Of a stretch of 64,000 nt of DNA, positions 49,530 through 60,271 are shown in pieces; the stretch's first letter is position 1, and the number at the start of each line of letters is the position of its first letter. The DNA comes from an uncultured Chloroflexia bacterium. GTDB lineage: Bacteria > Chloroflexota > Anaerolineae > CG2-30-64-16. Below the pieces are notes generated by a model. That model saw only the letters and a program-made list of their open reading frames with translations. It had not been told where the DNA came from and made no database searches. Location of the stretch: NCBI GenBank assembly GCA_963774265.1, contig CAVZDU010000002.1:672001-736000 (forward strand). Reading direction: 5' to 3'. The position numbers and the translations under genes are program-made.

Positions 49530-50774
49530 CCCCCACCTCCATCCCAGCCACGGACAGCCACCCCGTCATCAACTCCTCCAGCAAGCCGCGGAACAGCTCG
49601 TCCAGCAGCGCGCTCTCCCTTTCCAACGCGGCGATTTTGGCGTCGCAGGCGCGCAGAGTAGCCGCGATTCTCTCTTGTTCGAGTTTGTCAGGAAGAAGCA
49701 CAGGTAGAGTCGAGGCAATACTTGCGTTGATGGTTGAGTTCACTGATGATTGTTGGCGAGACTGAAGGAAGAACCCCGTGGCCCTCAAGTAGTGTAGATA
49801 GTAAAGCAGATATGAGTTGATGACGGAGTCGCCAACGCGGAACCTCAGGATGAACGATGAGAAGGTGAACTCTCCCTCCAAGTCGAAGAGCGCAGTTTTG
49901 CCAACATGCCGTTGACTCCCACTGCGCCAATTGAAAAGCAAGTCACCTCTATGCAGGATGAGCCTGTCTCGCTTGTTGTCCGGCACTTCATAGTAGCGCA
50001 GTGTGGACAAATCCAACGAACCCTCATCCGTGATGTTGATATTTGTGAAAATCGGAGTGCCTTTTGATTCGTCAAGAAGGTGCGCTACGGCAGCCTGTAC
50101 TCCGTAAATGATATCGACGACCTCACTCAGCTCAGCTATCTTCCAGCCTGAAGGGACAACACCAATTGCCGTCTGCTTCGTCGGCTCGCCACGCGTGCCG
50201 TGAGTGAACAGGTGCGCCATGAGCGCAGCTTTGCGCTCTCGCTCCAGGCCGACCTCGCGCTGCCGGGCTTCCCTGGCCGCCTGGACAGCGCGCAGGATGC
50301 GGGCAATGTCACGTTGTTCGGAAAGGAAGGGCAGACGCAGCGAGAAATTGGACAGCGCCTGCCACGAAGTTCGAGGATGATTCACCCCATTGGTGTTCGA
50401 TACAGCGTGGTCGCGAAGTGCCTGCGTGTGCAACAGCAGGGCTAGGAAGTCGGCCAGAGCGTGCTCTGTCGCCCGGAGAACCAGAATGTCAGTTGAACAC
50501 ATTCCGGGGTTCTGTGCTAGTGCGGCTTTGTCGAGATAAGGACGGAGTTTTCCGTAGAGCACATCGCCGGAGTAGAAACAATTCTTGGTGCTCGTCACCT
50601 CTTCGGCCTTTCCGTAACGCCTCAGAACGGTGTCGCCGGGGTCGATGTGCTCCAGGCCCACATACGGCAGATAGGGCGCGTCTTCTGGCTGAACCGTCTC
50701 CTGCCGTAGTTGGGCAATTTGGCCCAGGCTAACCGTCTTCCATCCTTGAATGGGCGTTGGTTCCGGCATAGTGC

Positions 50775-50778
<4 letters not shown>
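49519..50778 (-). CDS. hsdS: Type I RM specificity subunit
   Basis: Two TRDs with conserved spacers PFLSEQRDIARIL and PDKLEQERIAATL. Confidence 0.93.
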
Positions 50779-52426
<1,648 letters not shown>

Positions 52427-52473
52427 GCGCTGACACCATCTTTCTTGGGATGGACCTTCCTGGAATCATCCGA

Positions 52474-52501
52474 AGTATAAGCGATGTGGTGGTTGTGTCA
52501 A
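52474..52501 (-). promoter_or_regulatory. Promoter upstream of hsdM
   Basis: TTGACA-16-TATACT on minus strand. Confidence 0.55.
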
Positions 52502-52519
52502 TCCAACGGATCAAACGGC

Positions 52520-52975
52520 CGGGGCGAAGTCATGTTGCGGCTGAGGCGGCAAGTAGCAGCGCGTGTGGCAATTCGACATCCACACGTGGGCCGGGCAAGG
52601 ATCCATCGGTTAGAATCTCAGTGACAGCAATCACAAGGAAGTTCGTCTCTGGTCAGTCTCGTGCACCATGAGAGCGCCTATGTCCTGGGCCAAGCGGCCA
52701 AGGTGGGCACTATCTGATGATCATCAAAAAGAATCAGCCGACGCTCTACTGGGCCGCCCAGTTGGTCTTCGATGAACCACCGCTGCCACGCCAGCCGGGT
52801 GAGCGCGCGTCCAACCGTACGACCGACAAGGCGCATGGGCGCTGGGAGCGGCGGACACTGGTCACGACCACGACCCTGAATGAATATCTCACTTGGCCAG
52901 GCGTAGCACAAGTGCTGCGGCGCGCTTGCCGCCGCATTCACGAGCGCACCGGCAAATACGAAACCGAGGTCACTC
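52520..52975 (+). mobile_element. Internally deleted ISAs1 remnant, related to 18666..19967
   Basis: Left end CGGGGCGAAGTCATGTTGCGG and three disjoint segments highly similar to the complete copy. Confidence 0.9.
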
Positions 52976-52985
52976 AGTTGTTCAA

Positions 52986-53179
52986 CTGGTGATCATGCGC
53001 AAGATTAGCGGCGGCACTCGCAGCGAGGAAGGCACCAAAACGCGTCTGACCCTGGCCAGCTTGCTCCATACCTGGGCCGCCCGCAGCCTCAACCCGTTTC
53101 TGGAGTGCTATGCGGCCCTCCGGCAACCGACCGCCACCGCTCCCCCATAAACTTCCTTACCCGAACGGTGAACACTTAT
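52986..53179 (+). mobile_element. IS66 family 3' end remnant
   Basis: LVIMRKISGGTRSEEG...ASLLHTW...NP C-terminus; end GTGAACACTTAT resembles IS66 right TIR. Confidence 0.7.
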
Positions 53180-53271
53180 GCGCCGTGAGTACGTTGACAT
53201 CTACAGCGCCGCCCATGCCGAAGGAATGTTGGGGGCAGGCGATGACCGGCCACGATCGCCGCAACACGCGG

Positions 53272-53324
53272 TTGACGTTATCGTAGTTATGGTGTAAAAT
53301 ATGAATAATACGTATTTTACACCA
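53272..53324 (+). promoter_or_regulatory. TA promoter with autoregulatory palindrome
   Basis: TTGACG-17-TAAAAT overlapped by TGGTGTAAAATA...TATTTTACACCA. Confidence 0.8.
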
Positions 53325-53336
53325 GGAGGTAACGAC

Positions 53337-53786
53337 ATGGAATCCATTCAGCGCATCAGCAAGACCGATCTGGCGCGCAACACGCGCGAGGTGCTCAACA
53401 CGGTCATGCGCGGCCAGACGGCCTTGATCGAAAGCCATGGCAAGCCTGAAGCCGCGATCCTTGACATCGTGGATTACTTGATCGTGCGCGCGGTGCTACG
53501 GTACCATAAGCAGCCCCCGCAGATCGATGCGGACGCGGGCTTGACCGATGCCGCCGCAGCAGCAGCCCCCGATCTCCAGGCGCGCTTCAACCTTGTGCTG
53601 GCCTACTACCTCGCTGATGCGATCAGCCTGGGGCGGGCGGCTGAGCTGCTGGGTCTCTCCGGCTTCGATCTGCGCATGCGCTTCGTGCGGCTGGACGTGC
53701 CGCTGCGTCTCGGGCCGGCCACCATCGAGGAAGCGCTGGCTGAGGTAGAGACGCTCAGACAGCTGCGTGACGAGCTGGCGGGATGA
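53337..53786 (+). CDS. Antitoxin: Phd/YefM-like N-domain + UPF0175-like HTH
   Basis: ISKTDLARNTREVL...IESHGKPEAAI; ISLGRAAELLGLS. Confidence 0.75.
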   Translation: MESIQRISKTDLARNTREVLNTVMRGQTALIESHGKPEAAILDIVDYLIVRAVLRYHKQPPQIDADAGLTDAAAAAAPDLQARFNLVLAYYLADAISLGRAAELLGLSGFDLRMRFVRLDVPLRLGPATIEEALAEVETLRQLRDELAG

Positions 53787-54277
53787 CAGCGACTCTTGTC
53801 CTCCTGGATAACACGGTGCTGACCAACTTCGCCGTTGCGCAGCAGACGAGGCTGGCGATCGCCGCCTGTCCAGGGCGCGCCTGCACGACAGCGGCCGCAC
53901 TCGCCGAATACCTGGCCGCGCCTGGAGAGGGACCCCTCGCCGGAGACGCGTGGCGCGACCTGCCGATCATCGATCTGACCGATGACGAAGAACAACTCGC
54001 TGAGGCGCTGCCCACCAGTCTGGGGGCTGGCGAACGGACGTGTCTGGCCATCGCGATCGCGAGACGCAGCATCGTTGCCACCGACGATTTGCATGCGCGC
54101 CGGGTTGCGGTGAGCCAGGGCGCGAGAATTGCGGGAACCATCGGCCTCCTTGTCATGGCGATTGAAGCGCGTCTTGTGACCCTCGACCGGGCGGATGCCC
54201 TGCTGTCCGCCATGATCGCCGCGGGCTACCGCTCACCCGTCGCGAGCCTGGGCGAGCTGGTGAGGACCGGCCGATGA
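53783..54277 (+). CDS. PIN-domain (DUF3368-like) toxin
   Basis: LLDNTVLTNF, LGAGERTCLAIA, TDDLHARR, GTIGLL; ATGA coupling to the antitoxin. Confidence 0.85.
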   Translation: MTATLVLLDNTVLTNFAVAQQTRLAIAACPGRACTTAAALAEYLAAPGEGPLAGDAWRDLPIIDLTDDEEQLAEALPTSLGAGERTCLAIAIARRSIVATDDLHARRVAVSQGARIAGTIGLLVMAIEARLVTLDRADALLSAMIAAGYRSPVASLGELVRTGR

Positions 54278-54328
54278 GCCCCGCCGATCCCGACCAGTTT
54301 CCCTTGACCCAGGACGACGCACCGGGAC

Positions 54329-54490
54329 GTCGTGCGCCAACACCTGGCCCACGTGCCGACCGTAGTCTGGGGCAAGAACGACCGGCTCAAAACCGTCGCG
54401 GAGCAGCAGAACTACCTGCTATTCGACCGCATGGTGGCCTATCACATCCAGCGCGGGGTCTCGGTGCTGCTAGGCGCGGTCGCGTTTATC
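54329..54490 (+). pseudogene. Fragment of large DNA methyltransferase (BREX type 3 PglXI-like)
   Basis: VRQHLAHVP...AEQQNYLLFDRMVAYHIQRGVSV recalled as the C-terminal region of that family. Confidence 0.45.
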
Positions 54491-54588
54491 GCTGATCGTG
54501 TGGTGGTTATGTCAATCCGACGGATCAAACGGCCCTCTCCGTTCGTCTTTACTTACAGTCCAGCCCAACTCACAACCAGGAGAGAGAC

Positions 54589-55215
54589 ATGTTGGTCCCA
54601 AGGTTCCTGCCCCTGTTCGTACTGATGGTTCTCGTGCTCGTGACCGCCGGGGGCTGCGTCCCCGCGATCTCGCCGGCCAGCCAGCCGCCAGCCGAGGCCC
54701 CTGCCATGGCGCCAGCCGGCGAGGCAACCGTCGAAGTGCCGGTGACCCCGCCCACGGCGGCGACGACAGCGGCGACGACGGCCGCGACGACGCCAGCCGC
54801 GGCGCCCGTCACGCAGACGCCCGCTGCCGGCGATGTCGCGCATTATCAAGGGCCCAACCCCTACCGTGCCACGCCCGCCTTCGACGTCGCCTACGATCCG
54901 GCCGCCTGGGAATACGTGGAGGACGACGGCTCGGGCCGGCAGAGCCAGCTGAAGCACCGCTCGCTGCCGGGCTGCGCCGTCTGGCTGCGCGCCGGGCCGG
55001 TGGACGCGACGCAGATGGCGATGGTGTGGCGGGCCGAACGCGAGTGGACCCTCTCGCAGGTGCAGTCGAACATCATCCAGTACTCGTCGGCGGAGGGGGA
55101 CATCAGCTGGATCTTCGGGGTGCTGCTGCCCGAGGCGTATTCTGGCCGGGGCAACAGCAACTGCCAGGACGCGGCCGAGCAGGTGATCGATACGTTCAAG
55201 GTGCTGCCGCAGTAG
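54589..55215 (+). CDS. Lipoprotein with Ala/Thr/Pro linker
   Basis: AGGC lipobox, TTAA repeats, AGGAG RBS. Confidence 0.8.
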   Translation: MLVPRFLPLFVLMVLVLVTAGGCVPAISPASQPPAEAPAMAPAGEATVEVPVTPPTAATTAATTAATTPAAAPVTQTPAAGDVAHYQGPNPYRATPAFDVAYDPAAWEYVEDDGSGRQSQLKHRSLPGCAVWLRAGPVDATQMAMVWRAEREWTLSQVQSNIIQYSSAEGDISWIFGVLLPEAYSGRGNSNCQDAAEQVIDTFKVLPQ

Positions 55216-55283
55216 ACCGGGTTGAGTGGAGTGGGGAGGGGTCAGGGAGGGCTGATGCTCTCCCTGACCCCGTGTTGCCCTAT

Positions 55284-56006
55284 CTATGCCGGGCTCAAGG
55301 CCGCCCGCGTGTCGGTCGTTACAGGCCCGGAAGCGGCTGCAGCTGGATTGAAGCCCTTGACGATAAGCCAGATGGCAAGGCTCACTTCCCAGGCGAAGAT
55401 CGGGATCACGAGGAGGCCCGCCCATGTGGGAATCTGCGGGCCGAGGCCGAACATCACGGCGGTGTTGTATGCGAAGACCAAAGGGCCGCCGATGAGCCCG
55501 AGCACCGGGATGAACCGCGGTACGAGGCGGGACCGGTACATCAGGTACGCCATCAGCACCGTGTTCACCCCGCAGACGAGGCCGGGCCCGAGCACGAGTG
55601 TCCAATTGTGAGACCCCACGAGGGCGCCGCCGAGGGTGACGAGGGCAGCTGTGTCTGCGCCGGCGGTCCCCGCCAGGTGCTGCCGCAGCGTTACCACAGC
55701 CAGGAGGGGGATGACGCCGACGGCGATGATGCCCGCTTCGAGCGTGCGAAGGCCCACGTAGCCGAGAGCGACCCCCTCGTTTTGCCTCTTGACGACGGGA
55801 AACAGCGCGACCGCGGTGCCGATATTAGCGAGGGCCAGGATGACCTCGAAGAACACCCCCATCAACACTCGGGTGTCGGGGCCGGAACCGGTGATATAAC
55901 CGGCATCCTTCAGAATCGGACCGTACAGTATGGCCGCGCCGACCGAGGTGACGTGGGTGATGAGGTAGAGCACGCCCGCCGCTATCGCGAGTCTTCTGAT
56001 GTTCAT
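55284..56006 (-). CDS. DUF4386 family membrane protein
   Basis: AGVLYLIT, ANIGTAVALFP, YRSRLVPRFI, WEVSLAIWLIVKGF. Confidence 0.85.
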   Translation of the reverse strand: MNIRRLAIAAGVLYLITHVTSVGAAILYGPILKDAGYITGSGPDTRVLMGVFFEVILALANIGTAVALFPVVKRQNEGVALGYVGLRTLEAGIIAVGVIPLLAVVTLRQHLAGTAGADTAALVTLGGALVGSHNWTLVLGPGLVCGVNTVLMAYLMYRSRLVPRFIPVLGLIGGPLVFAYNTAVMFGLGPQIPTWAGLLVIPIFAWEVSLAIWLIVKGFNPAAAASGPVTTDTRAALSPA

Positions 56007-56086
56007 TGGTTTGTCTCCTCGCTTAAACAATTATGAGACAAGCGGCCTTTCGGCCGCTTGTCCACCCTGTGCAGTCCCCAGCGGAC

Positions 56087-56776
56087 CTACACGGCGTCGG
56101 TTTGGCTGACCAGGGGGCTTCCCAGGCCAGGCAAGGGTTCCGAGGCTTTCACTCGTCGCTCAGACCAGAGCGCATATCCCAGCGAGGCCAGGGCTATCCC
56201 CATCGGGATCGCCGCGAACCGTTGGATCGCGTGCGGGAGCAGCGCAGCCGCAGGGGTCAACAAGGCCGTGACGGCCAGCAGACCGCCCGCCCAGCGAGGC
56301 AGGACGCGGGCGCGGATGGTAGCGATGCCAAAGAGCAGGCCGCCGAACAGATACAGGATTCCTAACAGGTTATACATCGCTGGGAGGGCTCCGATGTTCA
56401 TCGCGCCGGGTGTCCCATTGACGATCCCCAGGTAGGTATCAATAAACTGCGGCGCCGCGGTCGCCAACACCGGCAGGATAAAGACTTCGGCGAAGACAAA
56501 GCCCGTCTGGAGGAACCAGGAGAGGCCAAACAGGACAAAGCCGGCCAGACCCAGCAAACCGGACTCTTTCACTTGCCTGGCGTAGATCCCCGTAATGCCG
56601 AGCAGGAAAAAGAGGCACATGGCGAACTTCAAGGCGGTGATGACTGCCCATGCGCTGGTGGTGACCGACGCAAGAACGTCAGGTGGATGGATCGGCTGAA
56701 TGCCCGCGAAAATGATCCCTGCCCCCATAGCTGCCAAACCCGCCCAGCGGATGAGTTTCGAGGCTGTTATCTTCAT
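56087..56776 (-). CDS. Multi-pass membrane protein
   Basis: GGGAG RBS before MKITASKLIRWAGL; FGIATIRARVLPRWAG. Confidence 0.8.
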   Translation of the reverse strand: MKITASKLIRWAGLAAMGAGIIFAGIQPIHPPDVLASVTTSAWAVITALKFAMCLFFLLGITGIYARQVKESGLLGLAGFVLFGLSWFLQTGFVFAEVFILPVLATAAPQFIDTYLGIVNGTPGAMNIGALPAMYNLLGILYLFGGLLFGIATIRARVLPRWAGGLLAVTALLTPAAALLPHAIQRFAAIPMGIALASLGYALWSERRVKASEPLPGLGSPLVSQTDAV

Positions 56777-56863
56777 TTGTTTGTCTCCCTTCATGGTTTC
56801 GGTCTGCTTGATCGGATTCATTCGTTCGTTGGTAGCCATCGTTTCTTCTCCTTCTTCGACGCC

Positions 56864-57109
56864 TTACGCATCGGCCCGACCGGGCCTGACGCGGCTTACC
56901 GAGATTAAGGGCATTGCTAAATCACGCACTCTCCTTAGCAAGCCGTGCAATGCGGCCTGGTCGACCACCGGTCCGGTCAGCAGTGTTTCGCCGTTGTCAT
57001 CCAGCGTGATGGTCAGGCCTTCAAACCAGCCGGCCCACCGGTGATCGAGGTGTCCCTTGATGCGAATCTCGTAACGAATCGCTTCGTCGTTGCATTCGTT
57101 CTTTGCCAT
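56864..57109 (-). CDS. Small ACT-like hypothetical protein commonly next to MalT-like regulators
   Basis: YEIRIKGHLDHRWAGWFEG...GPVVDQAALHGLLRRVRDL. Confidence 0.85.
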   Translation of the reverse strand: MAKNECNDEAIRYEIRIKGHLDHRWAGWFEGLTITLDDNGETLLTGPVVDQAALHGLLRRVRDLAMPLISVSRVRPGRADA

Positions 57110-57215
57110 GCCCACAATATACAGATGTACCTGGGGAGTTGTCTTCCCCACGTGTGGGGATTGATGTGGGGATATGTGAGGGAGGATGCCGGGTCGGCCA
57201 AAGGCTTTTGCCTGG

Positions 57216-60008
57216 CTAAATCAGTTCCAGCTCTGCTGCCCGTTGGACGGCCGCCCGGCGGCTATTGACGTTGAGTTTGCTGTAGATGCTCTTGGTATGC
57301 GTGCGGAGCGTGCTCACGGCGAACACGAGCTCACGGGCGATCTCCGGCCCGGAAAGCCCGGTCTCGAGCAATCGGAGCACTTCAAGCTCACGCTGGCTGA
57401 GCGGCTCTATGAGGGGCTGCGCCGCGGGGGAGGTAACGCCAAGGGATGCGGCGCGGCCGGCGTCCGCGCTCCCCGGTTGCCCGGCTTCAAATGCTGCCAG
57501 CAGTTTGGCAGTATAGCCTGGCATGATCCCCCGTTCGGCAGCACCGCGTAGCAGCTGCGCCATGCCTGGGCCCTCGTCCACAAACCTTCGCACGTAGCCC
57601 TCCGGCTCGGCCAGCTTCAGGGCCTGCTGCAGCGGCGCGAGGGCGGCCGCGCTGTCGCCTTGCGCCTGGTGGCCGAGCGCCTGCAGCACCAGGATTTCGA
57701 TGCTGCTTCCTGTCCTCCCACCCTCTTCCGCGGCTCTCAGGAGGCGTTCCAGCAGTCCCATTGCTTCACGAATGGAGCGGTCTGCATCGTCGCCACGCTC
57801 GCTCTGATATCGGGCCAGGAGCACCCTGGCCAGGGTCATGTGCTCGAACTCGCGCAGGTAGCTGAGGTCGTCATGGGCGGACAGGCCCCGCTCACGCGCC
57901 CAGTCGAGGGCTTCACCCAACCGCCCCTGGCTGAGCCACATCCGTATCTTCGACGCCGCTATAGGACGCACATTGGGGGAGAAGTCAGTCGCATACAGGC
58001 GCTCTGCCTCGTGGAGCAGGTCGAGAGCGCCGTCCGTATCGCCTTCGGCCTCCCGTATCCGAGCCATCGCAACGCGCCAGCGATACCGGTTCTGCGGTAA
58101 ACCGGTGTGCTCGCCCAGCTCCCTGCTTCGCAGCAGGTCCTGCGTGGCGGCACGTAAGTCGTTACGCTCGCGGTGGAGCTCGCTCATTCCCACGTGCAGG
58201 TCTGCCGCTCCCAGCAGGACAGAGTTGCCCTGCTCCGTCGCAAGCCCCAATCCCCGCTCATAAGTGCGCATTGCCTCGTGGAGACGACCTTGCGCCATGC
58301 GTATACCGGCCAGGGCGATCGTGCCGTTGATCGCGTCATGGATGTACCCGGCCTTCAGCAAACTCGCCATACCATCGGCATACGACCGGTGCGCCGCCTC
58401 GAGATCCCCGCTCGTCCAATATGCGAGTCCCAGCAACCCCGCTGCAGCTCCGCGGCCGAGATAGTCCTCCTCAGGTGCGAGGTCGAGCGCGCGCCGGGCG
58501 TTTTTCAAGGTGTTGACCACATCGCCCTGGGCCAGGGCGATGGCGGCACGATAGATGGCGATCGAACCGGGCAGACTGCGCAGGGCCTCCTCATCCACGA
58601 CGGCCATCTCACCCATCTCTGCCGTCGTGTCGAGCCACTTTTCGGCGTCCTGCAGCCGGGCCTCAACGCCCTCGAGTTGGCCGTTAAGCAGTAACGCTCC
58701 GGCATAGTAAACGCTGAGCACCGGCCTGGCACAGACCACCTCGTCGGGGAGTGCCTGGAGCCAGCTCAGCATCGCGGCTTCCTGCCTGCTCTGGCGCATT
58801 GCCGGCACCGCCCGTTCGATCAGGCTTGCCGCTCGCTCGAAATCCCTGGCGACCAACGCGTGGCGGATCGCATCGGCTGCCGAACCATTCTGCTCGTACC
58901 ACGCGCTCGCGCGTCGATGCAGAACAGGCACCTGGTCGGGCTGCTCTGCCATCAAATGCGCAGAGAGCATCTCGGCAAAGAGGTGGTGATAGCGATACCA
59001 GTGGCGCCTGTCGTCCAGCGGCACGACAAAGAAGTTGCCTCGCTCCAGGGCCTCCAGGCGCGCGTTGCTCCCCGCAAGGCCGGTCACGGCATCGCACAGC
59101 GGGCCATTCAAGCGGTCGAGAATGGACGTTTGGAGCAGGAAGCTGCGGATAGGCTGGGGCTGACGCCCCAGGACCTCTTCGACCAGATAGTCCACGATGT
59201 ACCGGTGGTCTCCGGCGAACGCCCGGACGAACCCGGGCACATCCTCATGGCCCTGCATTGAAAGGCCTTGCATTGCAAGGGCGGCTAACTGCAGGCCGGC
59301 GATCCAGCCCTCCGTGCGGCCATCCAGCGCGGCGATGTCTTCCGCTGAGAGGCCCAGGCCCATCACCTGGTTGAGGAATTCGGCGGCTTCGGCGGGGGTA
59401 AAGCGCAAGTCGGCGGCGCGCACTTCGGTCAATTGGTCCCGGGCGCGTAACCGGGCCAGGGGGAGACGGGGATCCTCGCGAGTGGCAATGACTATGCGCA
59501 ACCCAGGTGGCAGGTGCTCGATGAAAAAGGCGACACCCTCGTCAATCGCTTTGGCGTCGATCACGTGGTAGTCGTCAAGGACAAGCACGATCTTGTCCGG
59601 AAGGGTGGCGATCTCGTTGAGCAGAGAAGTCAGCATGGCTTCGATGTCCGCCGACTGAGGCTGGCTAGCCCGAAGCGCGGCCAGCACCCCTTCTCCGATC
59701 TCGCCGACAGCGAACCCTCGAGGCGCCGCGGTCCGCAACGCGGCGACCAGGTAGGTCAGAAAGCGTGCAGGATCGCTATCCCCTTCCTCCAGCGACAGCC
59801 AGGCGACGCGCCGGTCGCAACCGGCAGCCCATTCGCTGACCAACGTGGTTTTACCGAAGCCGGCGGGCGCGGAGATCAGGGTCAGTTGCGGTCCAAAACC
59901 CGGGTCCCGGCACAGTCCCTCGTTCAGTCGTTCGATCAGGCGGGGGCGGCTGACAACGCTCTTCCGCAGCGGAGGGATATACAGTTTCGTGGCCAGGATT
60001 GACTTCAC
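57216..60008 (-). CDS. MalT-like STAND ATPase/TPR/LuxR regulator
   Basis: LATKLYIP, SAPAGFGKTT, LVLDDYH, TEGWIAGLQL, C-terminal EPLSQRELEVL HTH. Confidence 0.95.
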   Translation of the reverse strand: MKSILATKLYIPPLRKSVVSRPRLIERLNEGLCRDPGFGPQLTLISAPAGFGKTTLVSEWAAGCDRRVAWLSLEEGDSDPARFLTYLVAALRTAAPRGFAVGEIGEGVLAALRASQPQSADIEAMLTSLLNEIATLPDKIVLVLDDYHVIDAKAIDEGVAFFIEHLPPGLRIVIATREDPRLPLARLRARDQLTEVRAADLRFTPAEAAEFLNQVMGLGLSAEDIAALDGRTEGWIAGLQLAALAMQGLSMQGHEDVPGFVRAFAGDHRYIVDYLVEEVLGRQPQPIRSFLLQTSILDRLNGPLCDAVTGLAGSNARLEALERGNFFVVPLDDRRHWYRYHHLFAEMLSAHLMAEQPDQVPVLHRRASAWYEQNGSAADAIRHALVARDFERAASLIERAVPAMRQSRQEAAMLSWLQALPDEVVCARPVLSVYYAGALLLNGQLEGVEARLQDAEKWLDTTAEMGEMAVVDEEALRSLPGSIAIYRAAIALAQGDVVNTLKNARRALDLAPEEDYLGRGAAAGLLGLAYWTSGDLEAAHRSYADGMASLLKAGYIHDAINGTIALAGIRMAQGRLHEAMRTYERGLGLATEQGNSVLLGAADLHVGMSELHRERNDLRAATQDLLRSRELGEHTGLPQNRYRWRVAMARIREAEGDTDGALDLLHEAERLYATDFSPNVRPIAASKIRMWLSQGRLGEALDWARERGLSAHDDLSYLREFEHMTLARVLLARYQSERGDDADRSIREAMGLLERLLRAAEEGGRTGSSIEILVLQALGHQAQGDSAAALAPLQQALKLAEPEGYVRRFVDEGPGMAQLLRGAAERGIMPGYTAKLLAAFEAGQPGSADAGRAASLGVTSPAAQPLIEPLSQRELEVLRLLETGLSGPEIARELVFAVSTLRTHTKSIYSKLNVNSRRAAVQRAAELELI

Positions 60009-60175
60009 TTGCCTTCTTCTCCATTGGCGCCTGGCACTGAAGTGCCCAGGCTGGCACGCCAAGTGCGTCAAGACGCACTGACGGCCGTCAAGCAGCCTGT
60101 TCTTGAACAGGCTTGGGGTGCCAGCCGGCGGGTTTCAACCCCCGGCGACTACCCACCGCCAGGTTGAACAACACG

Positions 60176-60205
60176 ACGAGGGCCTGGTTTCGACCAGGCC
60201 CTCGT
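60176..60205 (-). terminator. Hairpin downstream of the PQQ-propeller gene
   Basis: ACGAGGGCCTGGT-TTCG-ACCAGGCCCTCGT. Confidence 0.65.
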
Positions 60206-60271
60206 GTACATCGTCATGATCTGTTTGAGGCTACGTTCGTTGGCCTCTGACCCGCCTTTTCATGCGGGGTC

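Noticed and set aside
60121-60150. Short palindrome CCGGCGGGTTTCAACCCCCGG
   Set aside because: Single REP-like copy in the window; not enough support
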